From Macrostomum lignano (Eukaryota), in assembly GCA_002269645.1 (NCBI GenBank), contig NIVC01004266.1, positions 1-52,450 on the forward strand: a stretch of 52,450 nt of DNA. The letters are read 5' to 3'. The translations under genes were made by a program, and so were the position numbers. Within the stretch, counting starts at the first letter, position 1. Every line of letters begins with the position of its first letter. This document shows, piece after piece, positions 48,388 through 52,450 of the stretch. Below the pieces are notes generated by a model. It was not told the origin of the DNA. It saw only the letters and a program-made list of their open reading frames with translations, and made no database searches.

Positions 48388-48596
48388 GCATGCAATGGCG
48401 GGTACAGCACGCCTGTGAAGCTTGAGACAGACTAGGCCTACGGGCTAAGGTCTGCGATCCTACACACCTGCACCCCCTCTATTCTGGTGCAGGAATGGCA
48501 GGAGAACTCTCTCCAAGCTGACTCGCAAGCCGACCCAGGGGTTCACGCCCCGCATGTGTTCAAGGCAGCTCTAGGGCTGCTGGACTGACTGGGCTC
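48388..48596 (+). ncRNA. Candidate HDV-like self-cleaving ribozyme in the retrotransposon 5' UTR
   Basis: P1 GCAUGC(A) 48388 / (C)GCAUGU 48551..48557; P2 CCCAG 48534..48538 / CUGGG 48589..48593; P3 GGG/CCC; L3 UUCACG; P1.1 C48544-G48558; P4 48560..48584; J4/2 CUGA with catalytic C48585. Confidence 0.65.
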
Positions 48597-48990
48597 CGGC
48601 GGCGGCAACCCATCCGTGGCCTTTTGGCCAAGTTGGGTACGGGCTCCGCCCGGAAGTGCACCTGTGCGTATCAGGTACCTCTGGCCACGGCTCTGAGGAA
48701 CAGGTACCACCCTCTGACCTTAACAGGGTATGCGGCCAGTCCGCAGGCTCCGGAGGCAGTCCTCCTGCTTCCCTCAAGGGCCCAGTGTAGTACCGTGCTG
48801 ATGGTCCTTTGGTTCGGCCTCTGGTTCTTCCAAGCCGGGCTCTTAGCCGGGGAGTTTCTCGGTTGCTAGCGGTCGGGCCGGTACGGGCTTAAGCCACCCC
48901 CCGGTCGCTACCTCTTGGCCTGGTTGTTGGGTTTGGGGTTACGGCCCAGCGGCTTCTCACCTTTAGTCCCCACTCGCCTTTCAGCGACTC

Positions 48991-50433
48991 ATGGAGTATT
49001 CATTTACCTCCGACACGTCCGAGGCTGCTGGAGCACCAACCGAGGTTGGCACGGCGGCCCAGCCGGACATTCGCAACACCGGAACCCCCGGTGCCTCTCA
49101 ATCTGCCGCTGCCGCCGCTCAGGATAATACCGGAGTGGCTGGACAAGACAGCGGACCTCAGATTTCAAAAAAGAAGGCCCGTAGCATTGCTCGCTACAAA
49201 GCCTTTCTCCAGCGCAAAGCGGAGGAACGGAGGAATGCGAAAGCCGCCCCTCCGGCCACCTCTGAGGAGGGTGCCGGTAACTCTGCGAACCCCGCGGAGG
49301 AGCCGACATCCGACAAGGGGGTGGACCCCGCGCGCCGGTCTGATGCGTCAGGTGCCGCCGAAGCTCCTGGTGCGGCTGGCCCCTCCCGTGACCGGACCTC
49401 TGCCCGTGTGGAAGCTCCCACGGCCGTGGAGGGATCCAAAGCGGGGGGCGCTGGCCAAACCACAAAGCCGAAGCGAACCTACGCGGCTATGGCCAAAAGG
49501 CAGCCGGCCCTGGTTATCCAAGGCCAGGAGACGCCTCTTACGGCCGAACAGCTCGACCTTATCTGGCGCAGGTTGGACTCCCACCTGGTCAAGATGGCCT
49601 TGAGCGGCACTACCATTCGAGTCCAAAAGACGAAAGTCGAGGACCAAGCCCTTTATATCCAGCCCACCGACAGCCAGTCAGGACAGCAGCTCCTCGAGCT
49701 GCTGAAAACCTTCGACTGGGGTACGGAGCTGGAGAACCTGTTCATCTACAGGGAGGACGAGCGACCCCGGACACACCGGCACCGTGCCTGGATCTCGGCT
49801 CGCAGCTGCATCACCAAGGCCGACGAGCTGCGTCACCTGCTAGTGGCTTCCAACCCGGAGCTACCGGCCAACGGTGTCGTAGTTCACGAGACCATCTCCA
49901 AGCCGGGCGGAGACGGTTTCACGGCTATTCTTGGACTGTCGGATAGCTGGATGCTCCGCTACCCGGACATGTCCATCATCTCTGTCGGGCTGTTGCAGAT
50001 TCAGCTCTTTAGTTTTGAGTCTGACGCCACCCGCCCACCGCCCCCGGAGAAGCGTAAGCGGGCAGTCGGGGGCTCTGCCGGGCGGAAACGCCCAGGAAAA
50101 GAAGCTCCCGGTCGTCACGACCCCTTCCGAGGACGTGGACCCTGTCAGAGGGAAAGCCGCGAAAGCTGCAGCAACAGGCGGACGTGGAAAGGGCCGGAAA
50201 CCCGCCCGGAACACTATTCGCTCTGGTCTGACTCAGCGGGCGAAGCAGCTGCTGGACACCGCCAAGGCCCCCAACCGCAGCCACCCCCAGCCCAGTGTCA
50301 CCACTGCGGCCCCCCCGGAAAACCGGGCCGAGAGCGAGACTGCCGCCCAGGTAGCGACCTCGCCCTCGACCATGGAATCCATCCGGGAGGAGCCCATGGA
50401 GCTGGAGCCTGGAGCTATCGGCGAGGCAGGTAA
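48991..50433 (+). pseudogene. Retrotransposon ORF1 (DUF4780-like), frameshifted near ~50040
   Basis: The 48991 frame is protein-like to about LQIQLF; continuation appears in the 49931 frame. Confidence 0.7.
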
Positions 50434-52450
50434 GAAAGGTAAGATTCCGAATATTCCTGCTGGTTTTGACTGTTTTCAAGACCCCCAAAACCCCAGAGCA
50501 GCCATTTTCGTATCTACCCACCTCAAAGCTTGGCACAGACCGGACCTCTCTGACAGAGACCTCTGTGTCATTCAGTCTAACCACATTATCACCAACCGCA
50601 CGGTCATCATCGCCTCGATCTATATCCCTGGCGATGGCCCCGCGGTTCCACCCAACCTCACCTCCCTCGTGGACTACTGCTCTAACCGTAGGTTCGAGCT
50701 GCTGGTGGCGGGCGACATCAACGCTCACCACACCCACTGGGGCAGTAATACTTTCAATAGCAGAGGCGAGGAACTCCTTGCTTACATCTGCACCACCAAC
50801 ACTGAGTTTTGCAACATTGGTGGAACCCCCACCTTTGACAACGGGCGATGGACGGAGGCCCTCGACGTTACCCTCGTCTCCCATGGCTTGGCTCCTTTAG
50901 TCAAGGACTGGGAGGTGTGGGACGAAGAGAAGTCTCTGTCTGACCATCGCTTCGTTCGTTTTCGTTTGCAATCCTCTTGCCCCAAGCCTCACATTCTGTG
51001 GAAAAGGAACGTCCGGAACACTGATTGGACGGCTTTCACGGAAACCCTGAAATGCCAGACAGATCAGCTGACTACCGTCGCTCCAACCACCTGTCAGGAA
51101 GTGGATGACCTTGCAGACTTGCTCAGCAAGACCGTCCTGACAGCCCATGAGGCTTCCTGTCCTCTTAAAGCCTACAAAGGCAAAAAATCCCCCCCTGGTG
51201 GCACCCGGCGCTCGGATCCACCGGCGCAAGGCAAAGTGCCTCCAACGGAAAGCTCGCAAGAGCAAGGACCCAGCTGACCTGGCCGCCTATCAAGAAGGCG
51301 ATCCGCGACTTTAAGCGTGAAACCAGGAAAGCCAAGTCCGACAAATGGCGCCAATACTGCGGAGTTAAGAAGGCACCCGCCCTACTTCGCGCGTAGTTAA
51401 GGCTCTCACCCTCGACAAAATGTCAAAGCTCTCAGTCATTAAAAGACCGGACGCGCCGGCTCGCTGAGAACCCTGGGGAATCGCTGGACATTATGCTCAC
51501 CAGCTCTTTCCCACGTGCCGCACCGCAGCTAGGCCCACCGGACCACTCTCCGGGCGGACAATCCTGGCTTCGACATCATTACTAGAGAGAGCGACGGCTC
51601 GCGCCGCAAAATCCTTCTCTCCTTTCAGTCCCCGGGTCCTGACAACATTTATCCTGCCTTCCTTCATGAGGCAGTTAAAAATGACAGGTTTCTCGGCCTC
51701 CTCTGCAACCTCTTCAAGGCCAGCATTACCCTCGGGTATGTGCCAAAAGCCTGGCAAGAGGCTACGGTAGTCTTCATACCCAAGCCAGTAAAGGGAGACT
51801 ATCACTCCGCCAAAGCTTACCGCCCTATCAGTCTGACGTCCTTCTTCGCTCAAACTGATGGAACGGCTGGTGCTCTGGCGCCTTCTCCTCGTTGAGCTGA
51901 GGAACTCCCCGCTCTCCCTAATCAGCACGCCTTTCGTCCTGGACATTCCATCGAAAGTGCGCTGCACGCCCATTGTCGACAAGCTGGAGCGCGCCGTGCT
52001 TGGCAGTGGATACGCGCTGTCGCTTTTCCTCGACATTGATGGTGCTTTTAACAATGTGCTCTTCGAAGCCTTTAAGCGAGCCCTGGAATCCCGGGGCACG
52101 CACGAGCACCTCACCCGCTGGAATCATGTACATGGTCTCCCATCGTACTGCACCTCGCACCTCCTCCGGACACTCACGCTCCGTGGAAGTCCCAGAAAGG
52201 CGGGACCGCAAGGTGGAGTCCTCAGCCCGATCCTCTGGAACTTAGTCATGGACGAGCTGCTTGCAGCCCGCATCCGACCTGTTCAGAAGGTCGCGCTAAT
52301 GCGGACGATGTTACCGCCACTGTGGCTGGACCATCGCCCGCGTCCTCAGGGACCTCCTTCAAGCCTTCATCCACCGTGCCGAGCGCTGGGCACATAGCTG
52401 CGCCTGCGGTCTCAGGTTCTCTGAGTCTAAAACCGTGGCTATCATGTTCA
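50430..52450 (+). pseudogene. Retrotransposon ORF2 (APE endonuclease + reverse transcriptase), multiple frameshifts, N-terminus apparently missing
   Basis: APE and RT motifs are spread over several frames. Confidence 0.88.

Larger units (their letters stand above)
48388..52450 (+). mobile_element. APE-type non-LTR retrotransposon, most like the LOA/Lian clade (R1 group), antisense within the inferred Cav2 intron; frameshifted, 3' end outside window
   Basis: ORF1 from 48991 with a DUF4780-like segment (HRAWI...LLVASNPELP). APE motifs IASIY, AGDINAHHTHWGS...NSRGEEL, PTF, LDVTL, SDHRFV. RT motifs SPGPDNI, PKAWQEATVVFIPKP, YRPISLTSF, FLDIDGAFNNV, QGGVLSPILWNLVMDELL, ADD. Confidence 0.92.

Overview
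Eukaryotic (metazoan, non-vertebrate) genomic DNA: GC-rich exons and introns packed with minisatellites. The style resembles a flatworm such as Macrostomum, but that is inference only. Plus strand: the last two exons of TTLL1, a complete 11-exon THADA (Trm732 homolog), intronless PRCC and an invertebrate claudin. Minus strand: the 3' half (domain III to C-terminus) of a Cav2 voltage-gated calcium channel, with a mutually exclusive exon pair for domain IV S2 and candidate microexons. A LOA/R1-group non-LTR retrotransposon starts right after a (GACA)n tract and runs off the window end. Features not visible in the ORF track: (1) a candidate HDV-like self-cleaving ribozyme whose predicted cleavage site falls exactly at the microsatellite/retrotransposon junction (48388); (2) three intronic H/ACA snoRNA copies in THADA whose two pockets match the 18S sites guided by SNORA8/ACA8; (3) two operon-like, very tight gene junctions; (4) a ~115 bp structured element present in three introns, always sense to the host; (5) a perfect 45-bp palindrome. 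Two frameshifts in G runs (claudin, Cav2 last exon) and many in the LINE suggest single-base assembly deletions. All splice models and RNA folds were derived by eye, and repeat boundaries are approximate.
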